Position numbers and translations under genes: made by a program. A stretch of DNA of 63,247 nucleotides, filler included, from Rhabdomonas costata (Eukaryota): the NCBI GenBank assembly GCA_019059605.1. It is 27 parts of 27 records of this genome, joined end to end, with 100 filler letters (N's around TTAATTAATTAA, not from the genome) between each part and the next. Parts side by side here need not be neighbours in the genome. Positions count along the whole stretch, not along the records: positions 23,481 to 25,719 come from JAHMHO010004556.1; positions 25,820 to 28,066 come from JAHMHO010004557.1; positions 28,167 to 30,413 come from JAHMHO010004558.1; positions 30,514 to 32,761 come from JAHMHO010004559.1; positions 32,862 to 35,108 come from JAHMHO010004560.1; positions 35,209 to 37,456 come from JAHMHO010004561.1; positions 37,557 to 39,802 come from JAHMHO010004562.1; 20 more parts are not named here. One strand, 5' to 3'. Below the pieces are notes generated by a model. It was not told the DNA's origin and did not search any database. It saw only the letters and a program-made list of their open reading frames with translations. This document shows positions 25,669 to 37,746 of the stretch, piece by piece (the stretch's first letter is position 1; each line of letters begins with the position of its first letter).

Positions 25669-25973
25669 TCAGCCGATAGATCAAATTCGTTAAGGTCGGG
25701 GTTCTGTCCCAACACAAACNNNNNNNNNNNNNNNNNNNNNNNNNNNNNNNNNNNNNNNNNNNNTTAATTAATTAANNNNNNNNNNNNNNNNNNNNNNNNN
25801 NNNNNNNNNNNNNNNNNNNTGTTGGGTGTGCCACCATTTCCCGTCTGATGTCCGTGGTCCTGTGGTGCACTGTTCCCTAGTGCCCTGGATATTTAATTTG
25901 CAGTTCAACATTTTGTGCATTACTTTGTGCTCATGGACATTTAGGCTGGCTCCAATGGACCGTCACAGCGAAC

Positions 25974-26125
25974 CTTGAAGAAGACGTAGTTGTTGCCCAG
26001 GTACCGCTTGCCGTGCTGGACCGCAGCCGAGGGGCAGCAGGCGGGCTCGATTTCGGGCTGAAGCGCGTCCCGGTGGTGGTCCACCCCAGCAGTCCCAACC
26101 TCACCCAACTCAGCGGCAGCAGCAG
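25974..26125 (-). CDS. Exon of unknown protein; its end weakly resembles the N-terminus of Erf2-like DHHC palmitoyltransferases
   Basis: CTCAG acceptor, AAG|GT donor, and translation ending KRYLGNNYVFFK (compare GxNxFFxxGR). The family call is tentative. Confidence 0.35.
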
Positions 26126-29100
26126 CTGAGAGTGTGTGTATATGAGTTTGTGTGCAGGTTTGGGTGAAAGGGTATGCAGAAAAGTACACAAACCTCCCTA
26201 CCCGTACGTCGGCCTGCGGGTGCCCCTGCGGCTCTCAGCGCTCTCAGCGCGTTCGGGGCTCACGAGGCGCTTACTAAACTTAAAAGTCGCACTGGCCCCC
26301 GCTCACTGGGCTGGACCAAAGATACTATGCAGGAAGCAACGACTAAAGAAACTGTTTGCAAGAAAATAAGTAGGGAAACAAACAATCATTTGCTTTATTG
26401 TTTCTTGAGATTCATCTTTTTGAAAATAGAAAACAGGACAGGGGCGTGTTGAGTGCAAGTGTGTGTGCGAGAGAGGGATCCACGACCAGAGGCTCCCCCG
26501 TGGGCATCGCTGCACGTCCGCTCGCGGGGAGCCCTGCGGCCCACAAGGACTGAGCAGCAGCACGCGTTGGGGAGAGGCATCCCGCTCGAAGAGAGGGACC
26601 CGGGAGAGGATCACGGCGGAAGTGAGAGGGAGAGAGAGGGAGCGGGAGCACAGCGGTAGAAGCGCCCGCGCAGCACAAAGCAAAACGCGGCGGAGATGTC
26701 CGCCTGTGGTTTCACCGCCGCAAAAACCCCCAGCAGCCAGGGGGAATCCGCATGGGGAACACTTGCCGCACGGAATGCAGTTATATGGTCACCCCCACCA
26801 CTCAAGCACACAGTTGCAAAAGTCAAATGAAAACTAAGCAAAAGGGGTGCACAATATGCCTGGGCAGGTCAACAACACCAAATACGTTTCTGTTCCTCAT
26901 GAAAGGGGTGTACCGTGGAATTATCCGAGACCAGCTATTGCCCTCTAACCACAACCACAATCCCACAAACGTAGAGCATCTCACCTTTCGCCTTTACCAG
27001 ACACGGACCCCCCTCCCCCCGCGAGATTCCGGCCAACACCATCAACCTCACTTAGGGGTTCCTAGCACCTGGCCTGGTGGTTTAAAGCACTTCCGCGGCA
27101 ACTTCGGCCACCGTTTCCAAAAGCCATGCAGGAAAAAGACCAGGATGGCGAGAAATACTCTCCCGTTCTTAGGCGTTTTAGAGAACCTCTAACTTGACGC
27201 GACAAGGAGAGCCCAAGCCCCACCTGGCCGCTACCTTACCATTCACACAAGCACCATCCAGCAAATCAGCTAAACCCCTCACCCCTCACTGTCAACACAA
27301 GCGCAGGGACCATCATGTTCCAAATGACGTCCTCCACAAGCATCAGCAAGAAAACAGTACCACGAACATGGACTTGTTCCAACCAAAAAAAAAGATTTGG
27401 CTGACGGTGACGGGGACTCGGCTCAAAGCGGGCACAGGACAGCAGTCGTGTCTCGAGACATGGCTCACCCAGAAGCAGCCGCCACTTTGCCGGCTTCACA
27501 GCTGTAGAAAAGGACGCCCGAAACCCCGAATTAAGTGAGGCACCACTAACAACACCAGTGGCGAGGAGGGCAGAACCGTGCTGCCGAGGGAAGCTCTTTC
27601 CATAAGCGTCATCTCAAAAGAGGTGACGGACACCTACAGCCCACCACGTGGACCGGTGCAACAACAGACCATCCGGCAGCTGAAGAAACGCCCAAAGCCT
27701 TTCTCAGCAGGAGTGTTCTACCACGTCTTAACGGGGCTGGAGAAGAACTCTGGTCAAGGTCAGCCGCTGGTGGGCAACCCCGGCGTACTCCAGCTGCGCC
27801 GCAGGTGGGGGGTGCAGGGTAGCAGCCGGCCGCTGCGAATCCCCAGAGGAATCTGTTGCCTCCCACTCCGGAGGGGCAACGGGGTGGTGCTCGCCCCTAA
27901 AGGGGGCCCCACCCTCGCCGCCTGCAGCCCCAGTGGGCTTCTCTGTTGACGAGTTAACGAACAAAATAAAAAGAGAGAAGGAAAAAACCCCAAGAAAAAT
28001 GAGGGCGTTCAAACCTGCCCTTCCCCCCCCCCCACACACACACATTCATGCGAAGCACAAAACACANNNNNNNNNNNNNNNNNNNNNNNNNNNNNNNNNN
28101 NNNNNNNNNNTTAATTAATTAANNNNNNNNNNNNNNNNNNNNNNNNNNNNNNNNNNNNNNNNNNNNGGGTTTGGGTTACTGGCGAGAGGCTCCGTCAGCC
28201 ATCTTTGAGCGTGTGTGTGTGTGTGTGTGTGAGGCACCCGGTGCGAAAGGGTGGGAAAGGGTGAGTAAGGAGAGAAAGTGTGTAGGGAGAGCTTGGCTAA
28301 AAAGATGCAGCGGGACGTATGCTCAATAATTGCCCGGAGCAGCGTCAGGCCCCTATAATAATAAGGACTGCTCATTTCAAGGAAAACACAGCGGACGAAT
28401 TTCGACATTGGGGACGCAGTTAGGAATTGACACCGAGAACAATTTCGGAAACAAGATTGCGCCACCACGAAAAGAAGCCATGTATGGGCAGATCTGCGGC
28501 GACGATTCGTTCGAACACCATAACCACCAGCTTCCTACAAAATCAGCGGAGAGCGAAAAGCGACCACCACGCCACCCCTTCAGCTCAAATCCAACATCCA
28601 ATGCGAGGTCACGTCACCGCCCACCACCTAAAGTCAGAAACGGTCAAGAATTGCACCCCACACCCCCACGCGCAACACCCCACAGTAGGCGAGACACGCA
28701 CACCGTGGGGTGATTAACCTCTCCGTGCGTCCGGCTGCGCGAGTGGAAGAATGAGAAGAAGGGAATGGCCGCACACGCCCCCCACCCTCCCAACCGCCAC
28801 CCATCTACTACACGCCAACAAAGCGCTCGGCACGAGAATAACACTACAACAAGGAGGGCGGGAGAGGGGGGGGGGCAGATAGGTACGGACGGCAGTTGAC
28901 CGTCGGGCAGGGATGCGATGGGTGCCCGAAGGCTGGAAGTGAGGAGGGCTGGGAAAAGGCGCCTTCTTCCATATATAGTCCAGACCTCTCTTCCGTTGCC
29001 TTCTGAGCAATGAAATCCGGGATAGCAGCAACGATTGCGTGAGGCTGTTCATACATGTGTCCGTTGCTCGTGATTGATTCGTTGGTTGAGTACAGGGAGT

Positions 29101-29592
29101 CCTTGGTTAGGATCGCGGAGTCATGGTTTTCCGGTTGTGTGGGTCACTGATGTCATTTGTACATGTTAATGTCCTGACGCCTCCCTACGTAACCGCACTG
29201 AGACCGAGGGTGACCCCACCCCCCAGACACGAGACTACGACACCGCGGCAGGGTCGCTGGACCCTTCACGCTCAAGCTGGACCCAAAGGTCTGAATGATC
29301 GTCTCGATGCTCACAGAAAATTAAAAGATCGGCTGGAGAGCCGCACCACGGGCACTGGTTTTGAATTTTGTTGCCTGCAATAGCTATCAGAGTGCGTAGC
29401 AACCGCAACGGTGGGATGATGTGTACAAATGGAAACTCACGCAGAGAATGAGTCATGTGCGCCTTCTGTAAAAAAAAACTTGCAGCCTTCTGGCTGGCTG
29501 ACCTCTCTGCGGATTTATGGAATCTGTTCATTTACGGGGGAGGGAGGCACTGTGGCTGTGATGCACGCTCGCCTTGGCCCACGCACTGGCAG

Positions 29593-29786
29593 ATGATCGG
29601 CCTGGCGGGGTTTGGTCGGGCCGAGACGGTGGCCATCAACAATCTGGCCTTCCTGGACATTTGCGTGGACCGCCCCAAGAAGCCCTCCGTGTTCAGCTTC
29701 CTCGGCGGCGGGGGCGCGGCCAAAGACAAGCGCCGCAAAAGGGTTGGTGGGACCAACAAGTTCCCGGACACCTACTCCGTCTCCAG
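29593..29786 (+). CDS. Sec1/Munc18 (SM) family protein, internal exon from the C-terminal region
   Basis: MIGLAGFGRAETVAINNLAFL...KRRKR...DTYSVSR matches the SM pattern I-x-N-L-x-x-L...basic stretch...Y-x-L-S-R-(W/Y)-x-P; bounded by CAG| and AG|GT. Confidence 0.65.
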
Positions 29787-30523
29787 GTGCTCCCGATGTG
29801 TGTATGTGTGTCTGTTTGCGACCTGGGATGCATTGCATAAGGCAAGCCACGGCAAGCTTGAAAACTGCACATCAAAAACATATTGCCAAAAAACATCTGA
29901 TGAACACGGAAAGGCAGTAGTAGTGTCGTTTTTGAACTGCAACGAAAACGGAAACAAGACCGCTATTCTGCTTGTTCCGAAGAAGTGCGCCAAGCAGTTG
30001 GCATTGCAACCTTTAATCGTGGAATTTTACCCCCTCCATAAAACCCCACCTGCAAACACTAAAGCTGCCATTGTGTATCGCATTTTTTCTTACAAAAAAA
30101 CGCCCAGTCTCTTTTAATAGAAAGGAAAACCTACTAAGGAGAGCGCGGAAGGACACAGGGAACCCTGGTGACTGAAGAGGCTGCTGGTGACTCACGGTTC
30201 AATGGGCGGAGTTGCACCCCTGTAATATCAGGGACATCGGATAATAGGGAGGTCCAACCCTCTGCGCTCTCCCAATCCGATTTTTATGGAAGCGAGATCT
30301 CATATGCGAGATCCTGAGGCCATCTTCTTCAGCCCACGGAGGAACGTCTCAGCACATTGCATTAACTTATGCAACCAACACATATCAGGAGACATACCCC
30401 GGAAAGTGGGTCTNNNNNNNNNNNNNNNNNNNNNNNNNNNNNNNNNNNNNNNNNNNNTTAATTAATTAANNNNNNNNNNNNNNNNNNNNNNNNNNNNNNN
30501 NNNNNNNNNNNNNTGTGGTGTTG

Positions 30524-32725
30524 GTACCTTGGCATCTTCCCTTGGATGGTTGGGGACCAGGCGGTAGTTTGTCGGGAAAGAGGTGAGAAAACTCTCCGTT
30601 CACCTGTAGAACTTCCTCACGGATCGGTGCTTTGCAACGGAGTGGTCCACAGACCTCGTGATCCAACTGATCCAACTGCATTTCGACCAAACAGCGTGGG
30701 GACAATTTTCTGAGTCTCTTGGACTTAAGTCTAGTTTCTGCCAAGCGACTGAGTCGCTGCCTTTCAGCTTCTAAGACTTCTTCTGGTTTTTCTTCCGAGT
30801 AGATTGCAAAAAGCTAAACTTGCGGTTCGTTTCTCGGCGGGGAGAGTACCAGTTTGCTCCTGAGAGCTGTCCGCTGCAATGGCAAGGATATATGCGCTGG
30901 AAATAGAGGGGATGGGCCTGGCGCATCGGTGTAGCCAAAGCATTGGCCTCCTCGGACGGTCATTGTCAACTCGCTTTGCTCAATTACTTTTGGGGTTGCA
31001 ATATTCTCAAGGAGGATCTGCGCCACGTTGTATCCTATAGTAACGTTAAGGTCTTTGTCTAAGTGGTTAAAAAGGACAACGCCAATAGTACTACGGTAGC
31101 CTGCATCGATCACTCCAGCTCCCACATCGATGTGTCGAGTTGTAGCCAAGCCGCTGCTCGGGGCTATACGACAATAGGAGGTACCAGGAGGTACCTCAAT
31201 TGCGAGGTCGGTAGGCACTACCGCCTTTCCTCTCGCAATGACGACCAAGTTGGTCGCACTCGCTAGGTTGTAGCCTTCCGCACCCATTGTTTTGCGGCAC
31301 GGTAGAACGGCTGCATTACTCAACCTTTTATCTTGAGTGGTACTGGCTGAACCCATGGTGAAGGCGTTGACATCTGGTGTGGTGAATTTCCGTGTGAAGT
31401 CTTTGGTAGTGATGAATTCGAAACAGTTTGGGAGGGAGTGTTATCATCTGATGCATGATATACTACAGTTGAAGTAACAAGCCAGTAGCCTTGAACGTTG
31501 GTCGAGGTTTCTGGGGAAACTGGGTCAAGGATTGTACTGGGTGTTTTCTCCACCACGGTGTCTGGTGTACCCTGATATCCCGAGGATTCCTTTGCCGGAA
31601 CTTAGTCGTTCTGCTGTGCTCGGTGGTGTGACCGGAGTTCGGGGCATCTGAAGCGCCGTCACAAGCGACCCCACAAGTCTTCCGACAATGCGTAAAACAT
31701 CGGTGCGGGGACTATGTAGGTGGTCTTTCTGCAAACAATCTGAACTTCCCTACGTCTCCAGTCAACCAAGGGCTGATATTGGTGGAGGAATATGTAGCCC
31801 AGCACGACAGGAATGGGGGTCACTATAACTCTAAAAAAACAGCCGAGCTGGCATTTCGTCAATCAACACCAACAAACGGACGTGGGTTTTAACTGTAAGA
31901 GTCGTCCAATTGGTCACTTGCACTTCCATTAGGTGCTTCAATCTTTTCCGCCGTAGCTGGAGCTCCTTTACCAGGTTGTCACTGATGAAACAGTCCGAGG
32001 CGCCCGAATTCAGAAGGGCAGGGACGTTATGCTTTCCAAAGGTAAGTGGTAGGAAAAGCAATGGTTTTGGCGCTGGTGGATCGTGTGGTTCACTTCCAAC
32101 ATCTGCCAGATCTACTCGTTCTGGAAGCACCGTGAAAAGAATGGTACAGAAGGGTGGTTTCGCGGTGTGTTCGGGTGTTGGGAGGAAGATTGAGGAATAG
32201 TCAGGAAGAAACAATTGTTCGGGTCGTTGGTCAAATTGCCATTTTCCCACCCTCTACCCTCAGTGTGTCCTTCCCCATTCTCCCTCCTGGATACAGGAAA
32301 CGAAGACAAAACGCCCACCCGAGGCATATCACACCTCGGTGTTTTGGGCAGGCTACCAGTAAATGAGCTGCTGGCTCCTCTTTGCTTGTCAGCAGATGAC
32401 TCAAAAGCCCGCAAAGTACCGCCAACTTTCGCTGGTTGCAAATCACGAAACAGCGAGATTGGGTTGCCCAACGGGGGCTCTGCCTGTAACTGAAGCGGCA
32501 GAGACTCCGGCTGGCATTCCGGAGGTGGTCCAACAGCTACGCAACGCACGTTAGTCGGGGGACTGATGAGGGCACCAACGTCGCTTCTCGAAAACTCCGG
32601 TATTGGGAAGGAGAGTAATGTCTGAGTTGAAACTTCCGACTTCCCTGTCACTGGCGTACCGCACGTTGATGACTTTGCTGGTCGGTTCCCATCACATTTT
32701 ACCTCCGTTTCTGTGTGTACTCCGT
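30524..32725 (-). mobile_element. Degenerate Ty3/gypsy-type LTR retrotransposon pol fragment: aspartic protease, dUTPase, pre-RT region
   Basis: Protease ALLNSGASDCFIS...PVVLGYIFLHQYQPLVDW (about 32060-31750), dUTPase (about 31330-30920), then EFSHLFPDKLPPGP (about 30600-30555), which resembles the gypsy pre-RT motif EFxDVFPxxLPxxLPP. The frames form a frameshifted chain. Confidence 0.85.
30814..31356 (-). pseudogene. dut: Trimeric-type dUTPase domain within the retrotransposon, with degenerate motifs
   Basis: All five motifs are recognisable: AEGYNL, RIAPSSGLA, GAGVIDAGYRSTIGVVLFN, GYNVAQIL, RGGQCFGYTD. Confidence 0.9.
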
Positions 32726-33039
32726 CCGACTCACGTGCGTTGCGTAGCTGTTGGACCACCCNNNNNNNNNNNNNNNNNNNNNNNNNNNNNNNNNNNNNNN
32801 NNNNNTTAATTAATTAANNNNNNNNNNNNNNNNNNNNNNNNNNNNNNNNNNNNNNNNNNNNTTTTGTTTGTCCCCCTGAGATTCCATGGTTTGTCCTTCA
32901 AGCAAGCTGTGAAGAAGAGATTTTACTGTGCTGCTCAGAAGCACGCTGCTTGGGTGCAGGCGCGGGCAACAGTCACCACGAGCATTGCGGCGTCTACGGC
33001 CAAAATTGAGAAAGAGAAATCAGAGGGCGCATGCGGGAC

Positions 33040-35019
33040 CGGAATCCCAAACTGGCGAATATTCTCGACGTGGCGGCGGACGTTGGCTGCGCCCACCCGC
33101 ACGGCCTCCACGTTCTCCTTCTTGGACTCTGGGCCCGTTAACCCAGCGTGGGCCTTTACCGCCCGCACGGTAGCCACCAGAACCACTGCGTTGGGGGCCA
33201 GCCCGCTGGCCCGGCATTTGATGTTCACGAATTTCTCCATCCCCATGTCCGCGCCAAACCCAGCCTCCGTCAGGACGTAGCCGTCTTTCCCCACAAGCTT
33301 CAGGGCAATTCTACGAAAGGATTGATCGGAGTGCATGTTGCGCGTGATTGGTTGTTTATTTGCCTGCTTGCTTGCTTGTCTGCTCGTAACCGGTCCATGG
33401 CAATCGCTTGCCTACTAAGTTTGGCATTTGCCCTGAGTCTGCTGTCTGGTGTGGTGCATACGCCGACCAGGATCTCACACCAGCTCAGTGAAATTTTCGG
33501 TGTAGCCCCACGTTCACACATTAGATCCAAAGTACATTCGCTAACTTTCTGTCTGTCGGTCGTTGCGCCTGTCCAGAGATAGACCACACACGCTCTCTCA
33601 AGCGCGCACACACACACACAACAGAGCTCTTAGCTGGCATACCGGTCAGCGATAATTGAGTTGTTGCCCTGCGCGATATTCGCAAAGGGTCCGCCGTGAA
33701 CCAGCACCTGCCGAACAACGCGTGTGAGGGCTGTATGGTCGGAGGGAGGGAACATGGCATCAATGCGTATGAACCAAAACCTGCAAAAATACGATCCTCG
33801 ATGGAAAGTGCACAGTGTTCCTCAAAGGAGTCAGTTATACAACCAAACCAACGACGAGTGTCCGGAAAGAAAACGCCCGCTGACTCCGGTGTGAGAAATC
33901 TCAATAGGGTGCCGTTACGCACCGGGGTGCCCTCCAGGGTTTGCATCAGGGTCGGCATCACGCAATCCCGCATTAGCACTGCCATTGCTCCCGCGCAGCC
34001 CAGGTCCTCCGCGGTGACGGGCTGGCCAGAGCGGCTGCGGGCCACCATGATTCGCCCCAGGCGCTCGCGCATGTCACGGAGGTCCGCGGACAGCGCCAGG
34101 ATCGCCATGCACTCGCTCGCCACAGTGATATCGTACCTTCCCCCCAGCCATTCACACAAAATTCCAGGCACACAGCCCGTGATGCACAAAAGACCCAGGC
34201 AAACCTGAAAAAGAGACCGAAAGTTCCCAAGGAGAGAAGCAAACGGAAATAATGGAGTTAGAGAAAGAGAGAAAATATTTTTAAAATATGAAGGGTCCAA
34301 GACGGCTTCAATCAAATCCGAAGTTCTCTTTTGACTTAATCCTCACGACAATATGATGGCGACGTGATAGACGTGATAGGGAGGGTAACCAAAAAAACGT
34401 GGAACCTTGGCAAAAGATGCTTTTTGACGCGAGCACCAAAAGGAAAGAATACAAAAAGGGAAGCCATAGGCAGAGCCCCCGCGTCTGGTTTTCTACCCGG
34501 TCTTGCGCGGCATGTGCTCCTTGGAGCTCTGCCCGACCGTGATTTCTCTGAGGAAGCGGTCGCTGACGTCCACCACGCGGCGCCACATGATCGTGTCCGG
34601 GTCGATATCCAGCCTGGCAAACTTTGTCTGCTCCTCCGGGGTGAAGTCCTTGGGGTCGGACTTGCTGATCCCAAGCTTCCTGAGCGAGCCGTGCAATTAG
34701 CGGAGCAGCTAATTGTCAGGTTCCCATGTGCAGTTCCAAGCGATTTATTTAACCAGACCAGGATCTCACTCAGAATATTTTATGCAAATAGCAAGACTTC
34801 AGCGAACACATGTATATACGCAGGCACGAACACAAACGATGCAACCACACACGCACTGAAGGCGGCGCAGCATGGGCCCGGTGAAGTCTCGGCTGCCGTC
34901 GTTGGCGGTGGTGAGGCGGCGAAACAGGGCGTCGTCCTTCTGGGTGGCTTCGTGATAGATCCGCGTATCAATCGCCGCGGCAAGAAGGTTGTTCGCCGCC
35001 GCAATTGCGTGGATGTCCC
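33040..35019 (-). CDS. FTHFS: Formate-tetrahydrofolate ligase (eukaryotic C1-THF synthase type synthetase domain); partial, exons 35019-34857, 34679-34497, 34136-33923, 33707-33643, 33310-33040
   Basis: [24 protein letters not shown]...[25 protein letters not shown]...[14 protein letters not shown]...[28 protein letters not shown]...[22 protein letters not shown]. All introns are GT-AG and in phase. Confidence 0.97.
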
Positions 35020-35359
35020 CTACGCGGCACATCCACCCAAAGATTAACCATCACAGCACTCAGAATTCTCACATAGTCTCTCCGAAAAGAAAACTTTAAC
35101 CACAACCCNNNNNNNNNNNNNNNNNNNNNNNNNNNNNNNNNNNNNNNNNNNNTTAATTAATTAANNNNNNNNNNNNNNNNNNNNNNNNNNNNNNNNNNNN
35201 NNNNNNNNGTGAACGTGGATTTTGTGCGGGAAAGTAAGGTCAAGCTTTTGAGGGAGGGTCGGGATGTGCTTTGGCTTGCCTCGTGGTGTTGGCCGTATTT
35301 TTTGATGTTTTTGCTTGGCGATGTTTTTTTTGCTTCTGTTTGCGCATGGGGGGCTTCAG

Positions 35360-35460
35360 CTGGGCTGACTTGTGGCGGGTCTGCCCCGGGAGGTACACCC
35401 CGAAGAACGCCACCACGCCCTGCGTCTCGAGTTCTTGCAGCGTGCAGAACTGCTGCACAG
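35360..35460 (+). CDS. Cys-rich module exon, possibly frameshifted
   Basis: VCPGRYTPKNATTPCVSSSCSVQNCCT lies between a TTCAG acceptor and an AG|GT donor. Confidence 0.35.
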
Positions 35461-36518
35461 GTGCCAGCACATTATTCCTCAAATAAGGCAAGAGGAGGAG
35501 CCTGACATACGAGGAGGGAGATCCTTGGGGGCCGGCACTTGCAGCTCTCGCCGAGGGGGCACTCCCAGCAGGGCAGGGGAGAGCGGAAGCCCCGCCAGCG
35601 GGGGAACCCCAAGGCCCACACCAGGGGGCAGCGACGGCGGCATAGGCACCTAGTAAAAAAAGATCAGCTAATACGAATTTTCAGGACTCCTTAACTCCAA
35701 ACACCTAAAATCCGGAATCAGTTGCACACGCTGTTGGCGTGCGCCTTTTCACGCTATAGATATGTGGGAACTGTAGAATGCTTGCGTTGCACAAACACAG
35801 AAGGAGTTTCCACAAAGCGATTCCCAGCAATGAAAGCCAGCCGGCATATGAAAGAAATGGCCAGTGGGACCAAAGAAGACCAAAAAAGTGCGGCATTACG
35901 CTGGCGGGTTTTCCTCTCACTCGAGGCAGCGCGGGATGGAAAGAAGGACGGAGGGGGGACGGGACGGGAGAGGGCAACCGGGGCTTGCCGAGAATATGGG
36001 CTCAGCATGGCGGCTACGCTGTCCCGCGGGGGTGTCGAGAGGGTGGGCACCCCTCGGAAGACAGGCCCCGGTGCCAGCCCGTAGGGGGCCCTGCCGTTGT
36101 ATGAAGAAAGAGGCTTCCAAAGTTCGCCAAGAACCGTAGTCCAGGAGATAGAGGCAACACCAGTTAGCCAAAGAAAAAACATTTTCATGTTTCAAAAAGA
36201 ACCAGCACTCGAAATGACTTCATTTTTGTGTAGGGGGTTAGGTGAGCTTTGCCAGTGCCCAAGATGACTGCGTTGCTTAGCGGCTGAAAGCTAGTGCTGG
36301 CTAAGGACAAGCAAACGGCTGCGATATGGCCGAACGAGTAGGAGAGCATTAGTTTAGGGGCGAAGACCAGCGGCGTGCCGCGGAGGCCAGTCGGCGCTGC
36401 GGCCAAAACGGACGGCTGGGGCGGGGACATGACCTGGGGAGCTGACACGACTAAAAATATGCATTACTACCCATTGCAAAAATTGCTACCACTGGTAATC
36501 GTTACCCCCCGCCCCAAC

Positions 36519-36566
36519 TTCCATTGCACATTCCATTGCACATTCCATTGCACATTCCATTGCACA
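36519..36566. repeat. Perfect tandem repeat (TTCCATTGCACA)x4
   Basis: Read directly from the sequence. Confidence 0.95.
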
Positions 36567-37746
36567 AATTGCTTTCACCAGGGTTAGGAAAGCACCATCA
36601 GAGGGACAAGTATTGATGCCTCTCGGTCAGCTTTAGTTGGGTTGGGGTTCGAGCAAAGTGCGAAGAGGAGGGAGGTCTTTTACGGAGTTCCCGCTGTGTT
36701 TTGGGCCGCGCTTGCAGGAGAGCGAAAGGGGCTCGGGGTTACTTATGGTCGCGGAAACGGTAAAAGAACGTCATTACGATCGACATGACTTCATCGCAAT
36801 TTTCCAACATTCGGCATGAAAAATCGCAACAGCTACTTCTTCCGGGATTCCATGATAATCGGTAAAAAAAACGCGTCGCCTAGATTTGAATTTCGTCTAA
36901 CATGACGGGAAACGGGTACTTGCTCACCTCCACAGCATAGCAATCGCAGCAAACACATACTGAAGTGACCCGGGAGGATAGAGATGCCGAATCTGACCTT
37001 TGCCTGGAATGCAAGGAAAGAATCCGATCCTATCTCCCCGTCTCGTTCCACAAAAACATTCCTGCCCATCGAAAACATCCGCATCCAATCTAAAAAAGTT
37101 CTCCCAGAGGCTGCGTGGTTGTTGGGAGTGGAATGGAACACCCATAAAAACAATCCAAAGTCACCCACGAGGGCCAAAGCAAGCGCTGCTAACGGCGTGG
37201 GCTATAGGACGGATACGTATCACACAAAGCAAAGTGCACCAGAACACCCGCGAGTCACCCCATTTCGGCATCTGGTACGCTACTGACACATCAGTTATGC
37301 GCCGGCAGCTGGTTTGCATAGCAGGCATAATTCCAAACTGCTCCATCCGCGCCCAGTGACGCCAAGAAGTGTGGGAGGGTGCATACGAGCAAGCTTCTCG
37401 TCCTCTCCTTCGGCGTACTTGACCTGTGGGTGTGCAGCAGAGGAAGAAAACCACAANNNNNNNNNNNNNNNNNNNNNNNNNNNNNNNNNNNNNNNNNNNN
37501 TTAATTAATTAANNNNNNNNNNNNNNNNNNNNNNNNNNNNNNNNNNNNNNNNNNNNAAGAGTCTTAACCTCCAGTCTTGATACTTTGCATTGCCCATAGA
37601 AGTCGATGATTGCAGGGGTGGTGCAACTGTTCGCTGAATTGACGTGTAATTGTTACATTGGGATGGAAGCAGTGAAGGTTTGTGTTTGGGTATGTTCATT
37701 CTTTATCAATGGGCTTTCGGTGTTGTTGCGCCCGCCAGCCGATTGA

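Noticed and set aside
25607-25708. Perfect 40-bp inverted repeat with a 22-nt loop
   Set aside because: The right arm runs straight into the A/C primer tail at the contig end, consistent with a self-priming artefact.
32562-32625. CTGATGA...GAAA hammerhead-like core
   Set aside because: Stem II is only about 3 bp and no proper stem III/NUH can be formed; it lies in a coding relic.
32524-32760. 35-bp inverted repeat that could be read as a TIR/LTR of the retrotransposon
   Set aside because: Contig-terminal, with its single mismatch next to the apparent template-switch point; it copies internal element sequence.
34364-35047. Long plus-strand ORF (227 aa) and similar shadow ORFs opposite the PKS and DDX23
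   Set aside because: Antisense shadows of GC-rich real exons with no independent protein features.
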